A stretch of DNA of 62,373 bases, the filler included, from Choristocarpus tenellus KU-1152 (taxonomy: Eukaryota; Protista; Phaeophyceae), in the NCBI GenBank assembly GCA_964200185.2. It is 12 parts of 12 records of this genome, joined end to end, with 100 filler letters (N's around TTAATTAATTAA, not from the genome) between each part and the next. Parts side by side here need not be neighbours in the genome. Positions count along the whole stretch, not along the records: positions 47,169 to 58,525 come from CAXNAD020002372.1; positions 58,626 to 62,373 come from CAXNAD020018172.1; 10 more parts are not named here. The stretch is one strand, 5' to 3'. A program made the translations under genes and the position numbers. Below the pieces are notes generated by a model, which saw only the letters and a list, made by a program, of their open reading frames with translations, searched no databases and had not been told where the DNA came from. This document shows, one piece after another, positions 50,650-62,373 of this stretch; within the stretch, counting starts at the first letter, position 1, and each line of letters opens with the position of its first letter.

Positions 50650-52147
50650 GATGCTTTCCAGTGATGACTCTTATGTTGCTTGGATGCATCCACAATCTGA
50701 ACTGATCACTTCTCTGCAACTGTCAACAAGACTTAGAAAACAAAAGGATCAGTGTTGTTCTCCTCTACACAGTGGGGCATTTTACTTTAACACCTTCAAT
50801 TACTATTTTTCGATTCTTTCAATATATCTATACAACAAATACTCAACAGGTGTTGCCTTCTTGTTTTGGTGGTCTCTTGATCTTCTCTATTCAGGTACTT
50901 ATCTCATCCACGAAAGATGGGTTTCATGGCGAAACTGGGCTTCCATGATAGGCACAGCTCATGGTTCTGAGTTGCCTCATCTCTTGACTGATGAGCATCG
51001 GGTCAAGCCTTGTGGACCCACTGAGCAATAGTTTCTTCCCACAAAATCAAGAGCAAAATGTAGTGAAATCTTTGTGGATTAAAAAAAGCTGATGAACTGC
51101 AGTCAAAATAATGTCTACAAGGCCATGGTAAACAGAACTGCAAAATGCTTGGAGGTCACATAATCCAAAATTGGTTCTTCACTGAATCCTAATTTGCCAC
51201 AAATTCATGCCTTGGAAGATACAGACTTTCTATCTGTTCCTTACTGTTTTTTAACGTATATTGTACCTATACAATAGAATATATGGATGCCAAGATTTGA
51301 CCATATCCACCTACTCCCAAATCAACAAAACAAGTGCTGAAGAAAATAACATACACAAGTACATTTCCTGTGTAGACAAGAAGTACATATTTTCCAAATT
51401 CCTATTTCGAGTCTGGCTAGGCAATACCACACTTTGAAATATTAAATAGTTGCAGCAGGTCCAGCTCCACTGCAAGGGGACAGTCTAGTACTGAGCTCAG
51501 GTGGTGTTCAACTGCCAATTTCTGTGTTCAATTTGAGTTATATGGTTCAGAGTTGTAGTGTATCCACAACGAATAGTGGACGGAACAAACAAAACCTGTT
51601 TTAACACTACTGCTTATTCAGAATCAATATTATTATCTCGTTTCACTAAGGAGGAAGTCACAATACTTTCCACACTTAATGTGTAAATCATGCACTCACT
51701 GCCCCCCCTGCATTGCTGCAGAGCACAACTCTTCAAGGCAGGTCAACTTGACCAAGAACAGCCAAATTTTTACCAATTCCATGGCTCATATGATCAGACA
51801 CATGTAACATTTTCTCCCCTATTAATAGTCCCTTCACACACCTCATAAAAACCAAGCAAATTCCTTCCACTGGGATCTTCAGCTGTCGCGATACTTGCTG
51901 AAGACCTTCACACTCACTCAACTGCTCTTGCCTCTCTCCTCAATGTGCATGTCCAGATACTTCCTCACATTTTATGTACGCAAATAGAACTTGAACATAT
52001 TATTCCATTACCTATCTCCAACAGAGTAGAACCCTGCTACCCCTTACCTCGGGGCTCTTTCTGTGTACCACAGCCACGGGAAATCCATCTACACCAACAA
52101 ATCCTGAGCTATGAAAGATACCGTGCTTTGCAGCATAGGCCTTCCCT

Positions 52148-55100
52148 TTAGACAGTGGTCTGTTGCCCCCGTTGCTGAGCCTGCCCTTGCCCCCTACCCC
52201 TCCTACTCCTCTGTCGCCCTCCTACCCGTGTCTGGGGTTGAACATTGCTCCTAGAGCCACCTGAGAGATGCACGGTAGCAGACATGGTACAAAGAGAGGC
52301 TTGCAAAAGAAACATGAAAACAAGACTCTTGCATTGACCCTCCAAGAAAACCTTTACTATAGTACCCCCTTGATACTCTGGAATCACTCACCTTGAACTT
52401 CTGAACCACCACTACCACCACCACCTCGACCCCCACCACTAGCCAGATTTGAGCAATCCTGCTGGGCACCAGGTGCAGTGTTGTTTGTGCCCCCAATCCC
52501 GTCACCACGACTACGAGCTCCTCCACGGCCTCTGCCACCCTTGCGTCGGTTTGGGCGCGCATGGTGTAGACCTGTGGTGCCAAAGGTCTCCATGTTCACA
52601 TCCATCTCTGCTGCATGTGTGACCCGCTGTTGGCGTCCTGTGAACAGGTGTGCATACTCATGGTGAATAAAGTGGTATGTAAAGCATACATGTGCTCTTA
52701 AGTTTTCATTTGTCCATCAAGCCAAACTAAACACTATCAGTGCACACCTAAAAAGATGAAGGGCATTGATAACTGCAGCTAGACACAAGGCAGGTGATAT
52801 CTGTAACTATCATCCAACCGCCCCCCTCCATGAAAAAAAAATCTTGACATTGAAGGGGTTCAAACCCACAAAATACATTCAAGCAATAGCAAAACGCTTC
52901 AGCTGTTGACTCTATTTTGCCATGACAGGTAGCTACATGGATTTCCTTTGAGGATGCCTACCATTGTGGATCTAAGAAATATGTACAAAACACTCAAATG
53001 CTACTCTATCTCACCCCACAAGGCTGTTCTTCCATGATTTAAAGCTATACTCCACTCTGCACAAAAAAAAGGTAACTAACACTTTCTTGGACAGTGTATC
53101 CGCATAGAGACTACATTGTAAAAAAACTTGAAAAGAGTTTGTTGATCTACGGCAGCACAATGATTTTTGGTGAAAAGTAATTTTGTATTGACACACAGGA
53201 AGGATGACGGTTAAAGAGTCACAGCAGCATTCGCCATATTCATCCATACTCATCCATACTCCTGTATGTAGCCTGTGTGCATGACAGCAGTTCTTGTCGG
53301 GAAGAGAAGCACTCTATGGTAAGTAAGGAGTCTGCACCCAACAGTGTGTGATTCCCAACCCATCTCAACGTATGTACGCTATAAAGATGGTGTTGGGATA
53401 CAGTACTAACAGAGTACTTCCACTAACAAGCAGCATTTTAGGTCAGTCAGGTCAACAAGCCCCAAATCCTGTAAAATCCATTTCCCACTGGTACTTGTAG
53501 ATCCAAGAAAAAAATGGGGCCAAAACAAATATGATTACAACACCAATAACCTTGTGGACCATTTCCTTTACACAAACACATCCTAAAAGGGGTTGGGTTG
53601 ATGGTAAGTTTGCACTATAACTCAAAGTCACGAAACACAGCAAAATTAGTCCACGATCACACCCTGCACTATTAAAATGTTGATATGATACTCAAAAATG
53701 GTATGTTGTTTTGGATTTAGGACACACACGACCATTTCTCCTATACTAAATTATTTGTTTTCCTGCCCGGTACAAGTGGTCTTAAACAGGAAACCAGATT
53801 CAATGCTAATGCATGGACAAGAGTTTGCTTGAATGAATTGGAAACGCAACACTTGAAATTTGTGACTAGTACTAAAATACAAATAATTTATAAAAAATAA
53901 AGGAAACCAGAAGACCAATACTTTGGGGAAATGAAATTTGTCATCAGGAGGCCAGTCATAGCACACTTAATCTGCACTTAATAACAAAAATGACAGAGGT
54001 ATCCCTCGCTAACAGTGGCACTACACACAACGACTGGAGTACAAGTCATACTTTCCTACATCAACTGCGGATCAATAAATTATACACACATTCCCTATCC
54101 CTCAAATATGACCCTTCTTCACCCTTCAACTTCAAACACAAACAACATACCTCACAAATATCATACCTCACTTAGCATACAGTGCTGGTACTGCATTCCC
54201 AACAGAGGAACAAAGGTAAGAAGAATACTTCTCACAATGCGACATCTCACTCAAGACACACAAATAGGGTGTAAGTGGTGGCAGGCTCGCACCTTGAGCC
54301 CTGTCAAGCACATCACAAGAGATCTCATCAAAGAAGGAGGACTTGTTGTATTTCTTTGCTTCTATTCCCCCCACTGCCGAAGATCCTGCTCCCGCCCCTT
54401 GCTCAAGTGTCAGGCTGCCCATTTCCTTGGCCAGTTCCTTCTCCTGGATAGTTGTTACATGGATATACATGGGTATACACAAAACAGCATATCCCTGTAA
54501 GCGCCATGACTTGCTACTTATTCCTACCATAGTATACAGTCAATTCTAACGTTGGCATCTTTCTAGACAGTTTTTTTAATTACTTGATACAAAATTTGAT
54601 CCAGACTCCCTCTGATGGCCAGGACAATTAATCCCAGTCAAGGTAAATCCGAGCCATACACATAGTGCTGGAAAACAAGGCAGCAGGTGATGAATAACAC
54701 AAAGAGCTTCCATTCCATCACCTAAAGTTGCAAGAGACCCTCACGCATGTACCGAATCATGTAACACTGACCTAGGGGAACCCACGCTAGGTATCCTAAA
54801 ACCTGCCGGGTCTCCCACAATCTTCCCAAAACAGTAAGATGGAACCCAGGTAACAAAACAAACCCACCACATACACAGCTACCTTATCAAACTTTTGCAG
54901 TTCACTTTGAAAGTCAAACTCATGTGACGTTGAGGCGCTGCTTTCCTGTGCTGCTTGTCCTGCCTGGCCGCCCCTTGTTCGAAGGTTTAACAGGGCCTCT
55001 CCAGTCCCAACCATGGCCTAGACAAAGCAATATGAGTTCAGCAGCATTGTAGTGAATACTTCTGTTCATGGCAGTCAGCCAGTTAAGAGATGCCGTATAG

Positions 55101-58100
55101 GGAAGCCACTCCGCATAATTAGCTACAAAAAACCACTTGCTTGACTAATAGCAAAGAACCTGAGGTAATTTCAATTCCGACTAACAAAGAGATTAACTCA
55201 ACTCCCCAGCATACCACCCACCAACCCTGTCCTCATAGCACTTAAATCGATCACTGCAAATGTAGAAATGACACTTGAGGATCCATGTAGATCTACCACA
55301 GAAGGTAGTCTAGAGAGATACCGTACACAACACAAACCACCTTCAATGCACAGAAAAAAAATATTTGAAATCCAGTTAGGAAGTACTCACCCCTGCTGGC
55401 CTTGAAGTATGTCCTCCTCCCCCAGCCCTTGACACTCCTCCACCTCTGCTGCTGGCATGGTTTGAAGCGCCAATTCCGCCACTGCCACCTGATCCTGATG
55501 CTGATGCACTATTCCTTGCTCTCTGCCTGCGGCTCTTGTAAGATTCCTTCTATACAAAATGGAACACAACATAAGCATTCATGAGTACACAAGGGGGGAG
55601 AGATAAGACAGGTCTTGCACATTTGACTCCTGACTTTCCACCGGAAGATAGACACTTCATCACATCTGCAGTCAGGGAATACATTCAATCAACATATCTC
55701 TAACCTGGAGCAATCTCCTTCATAGCTGTCCTAGTCACTGCCTCAAGTCACATTACTATCTTTCGGGGTATTGATCTATCCAATCAAATCACACCTTTTG
55801 CATCAAATTTTTCATGGGTAATTTCCAGTCACCCATGAACGGGTGACAAGACACACGCACACAAGCCATCTACTTGACTCGCCCCTTTTAACTCACACTA
55901 TTTTCACCTTGTTGTCTGCAAAAACACAGTCCCTAACGATATGGAAAATTCATCACCTTTTTCCTTCAGCCACACCCCTGTCTGTCCCTGCTGACAACAC
56001 CAAAACATTGAATTAGGCATCAAATACCCCCCACTCCACAAACACACAAAAAAAATGGTCCCTGGCTTGATGCACAAGAGCACCAGGGATAATGAATTCG
56101 AAATGCTATTGGCTCAGAGTACCATAGTTGTTTATTAAGGTAGGTCAACAAAAGACTCACATAATACTGTCCTAGTGTCCAAAATGACATTCGCAACACG
56201 GACACAAAGAACACGCCATGAGAATTTTTAAAAAGCATCAAAATATTGCCATGACAGTATGATAATCATGATAACGCCACTACCATAATCATGCCAATGT
56301 GAGCCCTACCTGCACTGTGCTGGACTGCTCTTGCTGTGTGCGCTGCTGGGCAGGTGTTCGCCTCTGCTGCTGAGCTGCTTGTCCTGCTGTCTGTCGTGAT
56401 TGCAGTGGTCCTGAGCTGGGCTTTGGCTGCTCTGAAGCAGGTACTATTTGCCTTATTAAAGACCAGAGTAGCAAAGAGGGCCCAACAGCACAACAGTATG
56501 AGAAGAGGGCACAGAACACAGCATGTTACATCCCTTAGAGGAATGCATGCCTGCACATTGACAAGTCTCATTCAACATGAAATAACACTTTCTTAGAGGT
56601 ATCTCGTGTAAAACAAAGTGTCTTTGATTGAACATTCAGCCCTATCACAACCTGCCCACTCCATTACCCATGGCATATGTGCCTGTAAAATGGAGGTCAG
56701 TCAGATCCACCGCCATTTTTCCATATAAACATGAAAAACGGCATGCTATATCTCGTCCTCCTCCCTTGATTGTCCACCTGTTGTGTGTACTATTTGCTGC
56801 CCTTGTGACATCACACAACTTGGGAAATGTAGCACTTTCATGAGCTTGAGAATTTAGAGTTAGGGGTGAAAAGATAAAAATGTTCAGACAATGTATCATA
56901 CAGAGGAAATGAGCTCCAAGCGGTGTCCCAGACACCACAGGTTGGAGAGGAAATTGATTCAGATGTTATAGGGCAACACCAGCTTTGAGCTTAAAGTTGT
57001 CTAGGGCAAGCAACACTATCAAGCCCGGTGCATCTATCATATCTCACACAAGCAAACAGGAGAACAGTGAAAAGCTAAGGAGACAAGATCGTTGAGACTT
57101 TCTTGCGCCAACGCCTGTGAAACGATGTGTAGAAGCTTCACATCCCTGTCCAGTCTCCATACAGGTGAACAAAATATGCTGTTCAAAAACCAACTGCAAA
57201 CTCTCACAGGTTTTGAATGTCCACAAAATCTACCATTTTTTACTTTCACAGGATTACAAGAGTTCCCCCCCTACCTTGATCTTGCTCCTGCCAGCTGCCC
57301 ATGCACCTCATTGTCCAAGGCTTCTGTTCCACTTGCAGCTGATGCTGAAGCCACAGTGGGTTGAGGAGGATTCTGCTGAGGTGTGATGCCTGAAGGTGGT
57401 GGAGCCTCTTGGTACCGTGGAGGTGGGGGTTGGGGTGGGGTGCCCTGGAGAAACAGTGATCCCCCATTGAAGAGTGATTATTGTACAAGAACAGTGGCCA
57501 GTGGAGCAAAAAAGGAAACTGTGGACAAGCCAGTATACGTGGTGGCAAAGAGTCTGGTCAAGTTACACATGGATGTGGTGAGCTAACACAGTTGAGTGAG
57601 GTACTGTTGACCCTCCATATTGCAGCGACTCCTTCCTCTCAAGAGGAACTATCTGACTCACCGACACTGAGGATGGAACTAGCAAAGGAGTGCCATTGTT
57701 GGGGGGGGGTTGATGAGGAAACGGAGATGGAGGAGACTGGCCCATGGTCAAAGGAGGCTCCTTCTGCTTCCGAGTGTATGAATGTTTTGGGAAGCAAGTT
57801 GAAAAAAGATATCAGCAAAGCAGGAGCTGTAAAAGGATCGTACTCAGCACATGCATTTTATTATGCAATCAGATCGTAGCTAATAGTTGATTCCCATCAG
57901 TTACATCAACGTGTGTAACTACCACTGTCCAATTGCCATGCATTCACACAAGTGGGTATGTATCATTCATCTGGCCTCTTGCAGCAGAGGGATGTGATGG
58001 ACTGACTAGGTACTGAAATTTCAGACCTATTGTAGAGAGGATAAATGTGAGTTACATAATGCGTTTGAGCTAAATGAACTCTATGGGATCTGTGGATGAA

Positions 58101-58417
58101 AGTCCTGCATCTGCGACAAGACTCCACTCCACAGGGTAAACCAGCCTGGCTCACTCCTCGTGAGCACTCCAGGCTAGATTTGCCGCTGAAGTAGAGTCTG
58201 CCATGTGAAGACCAAATCCTCGACATAATAACGCACTATATTGACATTATTCGTCACAGTATGAAAAGTGGCTCACTCCTCACCTCCTCCTCTTGCTGTG
58301 CGTCGTGGACGTGCAGGTCCTTGATATCCTCTCCACGGAATGTGACATATTCGAAAATTCTATCTGTAGGTGCCACCGGAGCCTCCGTGACTCGGTTCTC
58401 CGTACCGAAAATGCTTA
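52148..58417 (-). CDS. LSM14: LSM14/Scd6/DCP5 (RAP55) P-body protein, lacking its first exon(s)
   Basis: Exons 58417-58284 (FGTENR..FEYVTFRGEDIKDLHV, LSm14 domain), about 57444-57275 and about 56443-56310 (low complexity, junction unresolved), 55549-55391, 55017-54883 (EFDFQSELQKFDK, FDF box), 54443-54293 (YNKSSFFDEISCD, FFD box), 52637-52392 (NMETFG, TFG box, RGG) and 52260-52148. Confidence 0.92.
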
Positions 58418-61129
58418 CTGGATTAGGTGTGAGCGATCAGGGAGAAAAGGAAATGCTTGAAGGGCTTGTGAGGACTCCCCAAATCTTATCCCAATCCACA
58501 AACCAGACAAAAAAAAAGGGGGAGGNNNNNNNNNNNNNNNNNNNNNNNNNNNNNNNNNNNNNNNNNNNNTTAATTAATTAANNNNNNNNNNNNNNNNNNN
58601 NNNNNNNNNNNNNNNNNNNNNNNNNCATATGTGTTACTGTTATCGTATATAGTTCGCACTTGTCAGGACTCGAGAAAGAATCCTCACACTATATGTCTGT
58701 TACAAATGTTCGTATTTCCTAACACATGAGGAGAAAATGCTCGCGCTATTCGCGTGTAACAAATAATGCTCGAACTTTGTTGAAATACAAGAAGAAGAAA
58801 CGCTCGCACTATTCGCCTGTAACCCAATAGTTGTCATCAATGCTGTAAGATGCACTTCCCTAATACATGTGTACTATTTGACAATTAACTGCACAACAGT
58901 GTCCCCTTGGAGATAGGTCTCTAATGTATCTATCGTGCACACTGCTCCTATACTTCCAACCCACCTAGTGCTGTTAAGAAGAACGTGGGCGAGAAGCTAG
59001 GGAAGTATGCCGAGAATCTATCAGGCACAATCTTGCCCACCACTGTCGTGTCTCTTAGTTTGAGAACGATGGCGCGTCTCGAAAGACCCACTTGTGCAGT
59101 GGCGTTGGAAACTGTCTCAAACGGGACTTGATATCTCTTTTCCAACAATATCCCCCACCCCTCTCCCCTACTACATCAGTTACGAACTCATTCCAAAAAC
59201 CTTTCTACCTTCAACATACAGATATTTAATTATTGTGCCCTCTGACATCATTTTTAAATCCTTTAGTGGATCAAGTTTCCCGTCTTTGTTCCATTACAGA
59301 TCAAGTGAGTTGTCACTATTATAAAAATACTAATGTTCCAACTATTTTAATATAATATATATATTACGTGTAGAGTTCCATAGATAGGGGGAAAACATTA
59401 CAATTTTCAACTCTAAAGTTAAAAAGTTAGAAGAGAAAAGATACGGTACATTTTGCATACCGCCATTGGCGTAGGTCAGAAAGAACTAAAGTGGAAACCT
59501 CACTTCTTCAACACCCTGAAAACGCTCGGTCTATCCAGAAAGCCTTGATGAATAGTCCATTCTAAGAGGATCGAGTGCCCAAAACAAACCAATAGTATCG
59601 AGGCACGTGGAATAGCTGTAGCATCTAAGGTTGCCATCCAGGATTGGTTAGGGTCAGCTAAGTCTCCAGGGCCAAGTGTGACCTGTGTTAATACACGATT
59701 TACACGATCTACAACACTGCCAGCTACCTATATCAAGTCTCTTACCAGGCATCCAAGCTGAAGATAGGACTTTGTGAGCCCAGGTCATTGTTGACTCATT
59801 TTCTTCTTGTGGCTAATTTCGCTAAGGGCGCCGTGACTGCGCCTCCCCCCACGGAGTGCCCCGTGGAGAATCTCTCTGGCCAAGGTGATACATTTGCACT
59901 TGGTTCTTCTCAATACACCCCATGTTTAGACTGCTCCACTGACCCTCCTCCAAAACATCTGTTGACCGAATCGCTATCGAAGCACTCAATTCTAGCTTAC
60001 GCCTCCCAGTATATGTGAAGTAGGTGAAAATTCCCCTCACTTCTCAAACGCATTATTGTTAGGTTGTAATGTATCTCATCAAGGACCACGTACCACTTTA
60101 GGGTTAGTATCTGCGATGACTTCTTCCAAGTTATATCTGACTCTCTTCGTAGTATTTGAAACCTCATTCTCTTGTGGCTCTCTTCTTTGATTCAGTAGGG
60201 TGTGGGGTTCGCCACCGCGATCTCTTGCGGTGCAACATAGGCAGTGTGGGCTGGGTTAAAACAAAGCTGCGGTCTCATCAATTCACTCTTTCTTTGTTCC
60301 TGGCGTTTACTTTCAGGATTTCTCTTTGATACGATACCTACGCAACGCGTTGGTGCCAGTGCCCTCTGCTCATGTGCATCCAACCCATGACTCTCACAGG
60401 TGGTCCAGTTCACAATTGAGTGTGGACGTGTCGGAGTAGAGTTAACTTAACATGCAAGGGGTTTTCTAAGGGAATATGTCTATGATTATGTTGCATCTAT
60501 CGAATTGCTCCACAACAATGCCATTCCCACGTTCAAACGATGACTCTGGCTTCCTGCTGAAACCCAGGGTGGCATTTGTGTGTAAGGAGACGCCGTGATG
60601 TATGGACCTTTCCTTGGGGCCAAGGAGTGTAGAGGACGAGCAATGCGCTACCGTTCCAAAGAGTCCCCACCGTCCCAGGAGAGGGGATGGCGGGGACATC
60701 TTCAATCTCATTTTTTCTCTATTCTCACAACAGCGGCAACTGAAGGGCCAGGGTGTGCAAGAGGATTCTGAGGGCAACAATGTCAGTAGGTTGGCCTCCA
60801 GCGCTGATGTTGCCCCTGCTACTTCCAATAGAACTTACACCTCTGTCCCTATCACCGAGGCATCTATGGAAACTTTGGCAACGTCAGTGGTGGATCTCCC
60901 CTTTGCCTTACCCAAGGCAGTGGGTGGAGCTCGGACTAGGGCTAGCATAGAGGAAACAAGAACGGATAATATCATCCAAGGGCTGCGAGAGGCTTATGCC
61001 ACGCACCCAGAGGAGGTGAATCAGTGATAGGGGTTTATTTTGTGAATTGTTGCCTGTGATAGTTTTTATATAGGTCAATATGATGCTGCTGTTAGTGGAT
61101 AAGCTAACCAGTTGCTAGTGTTGGTTTTA

Positions 61130-62373
61130 TCTTGATGTTAGTTTGCTCTGCGCCACCCCCCTACATCAGTCCATACCTTTTCCTCTTGCCCCCTGTCCTT
61201 GTGCAGATTTGTCCACTTTGGTGTATGCCTAATTCCCACCTTGTAGACAACCCCCAAGGATCGACATTATTGCTTGTGTGGCTGAATGCCACAGCAAAAG
61301 AGATATTAAGATTTAGGTACCCTGTTTGCCTTGAGCATATACGTTCCATTAAGGGATTCCTAGCTCTGATTACGCCCTGCCTCCAACTTTTACACTGGGA
61401 GGAATTACCCATCCATTCTTCAACCCTTACTCTACCCCGCTATCATATCCAAATCCAATCACCTCTTCCGGATATTTGTCCCCCCCCCCAACCTGCAGAT
61501 AGAGTTCTACCTGCCCCAGCTGTGCATGTGCCTCAACCTGAATGATTTCCATGGGCCGCCTTTGCTGTTGGAATTTGTGCTAGAGCTGTGCGAGGGAGAC
61601 CTCCGCCTGGCCCACAAGACCCACTGGTTGCTCAAGGCTTACTGCTCTGAGGTTGTGAGCTCTTCCAAGACTGAACTTCTATCCTAACACCCCACTAATC
61701 ATATGTAGTTTCATCCTCTAAACATACCCTCTCTTGAAGACCTTACCCTACCTTCTACCAGCCTATCCCAAGGAAGCTAACGCGTGGTATTTCTTATATT
61801 TCCCAGGAACAAACTGTTAATTCCCCACCCCATAATCTGGACCACTCCCTGCCCTCCTCACGATTGTGTGTGAGAATGGCACGAGTTTTCTGAACACGCA
61901 ATCTCTCTGTGGCATGCACGATGTTTGGTGACACACCACGAGATCGCCGAATCCTACCCCACTGCCCTCCCATTCCCTGTTTGCCGACTCTATGTCAGGA
62001 CACTGAGGCCCAAGGTGCGAGGGGGTTCTCCCTCCAAGTGCGACGGCGGGGGTGCCTGGCGGCCACGCGTGTGTATCGTGCCTTGGGGGTTGATTATATT
62101 TCTCCCATCTCACCCGAGGGGACAGCTCGCTTCCTGCCTCCTCCTTCAGACAGTGGTGCCAGAAATGGGGGGGGGTCTGGGGTCTGGGGTAGGGGAGTAG
62201 GCTGGGCTTGGAGGGAGGGAGAGTCGAGGTCTGGATACATGATAACAATAAAGCCAGGTGTTGGTTGGGAAGATGATAAGATGGGGCAGGTGGGAGTGCT
62301 TCCGTTGTTGTCAACAGAATCTTTGCTTCAGGGAAGGGATAAGGACGGGGAGGGAGGAGAGGGGATGGAGGGG
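61130..62373 (-). pseudogene. Decayed retroelement-like remnant (weak RNase H-like traces)
   Basis: Broken Pro-rich frames with GSGVGFG, VFR-L-AIL across a frameshift, and KYKKYHA; same compositional skew as 17600-18430. Confidence 0.3.

Noticed and set aside
4041-58625. Recurring TTAATTAATTAA flanked by Ns as a repeat array or CRISPR
   Set aside because: Identical synthetic six-frame-stop linkers from contig concatenation.
60466-61027. 141-aa ORF ending near a gtgaat donor
   Set aside because: No recognisable domain and no consistent neighbouring exons.
1-62373. Three kinases, an LPMO, an E3 ligase and TDP2 as a defence gene cluster
   Set aside because: They lie on different contigs joined artificially; no linkage can be inferred.

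Overview
Eukaryotic, intron-rich DNA, not a prokaryotic locus. The window is 12 short contigs joined by 11 identical artificial 100-nt linkers (44 N + TTAATTAATTAA + 44 N), so gene neighbourhood across linkers cannot be trusted. GT-AG introns, (TTAGGG)n tracts, a bipartite-type plastid presequence and the retroelement types point to a photosynthetic stramenopile, most likely a brown alga (inference). Genes rebuilt by hand from splice sites and reading phase: (1) a CAMK-like kinase fragment with DVG in place of DFG; (2) the TDP2 3' half; (3) a complete plastid-type fructosamine/ribulosamine 3-kinase; (4) a HERC-like giant E3 ligase fragment; (5) a TKL kinase with DFG changed to GFG, preceded by a helical segment (MLKL-like candidate); (6) a complete 8-exon secreted His-brace LPMO (AA15-like) with two CBM1 modules; (7) a TKL kinase 3' part with a GC-AG intron; (8) LSM14/Scd6/DCP5. 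Repeats include a decayed Copia LTR element, two CRE-like non-LTR remnants, a multi-copy G-tract MITE family, many short interstitial telomeric repeats and several minisatellites. The best leads are the MLKL-like pseudokinase and the LPMO-2xCBM1. No CRISPR array, rRNA or tRNA gene was seen. All family assignments are by motif recognition; no searches were run.
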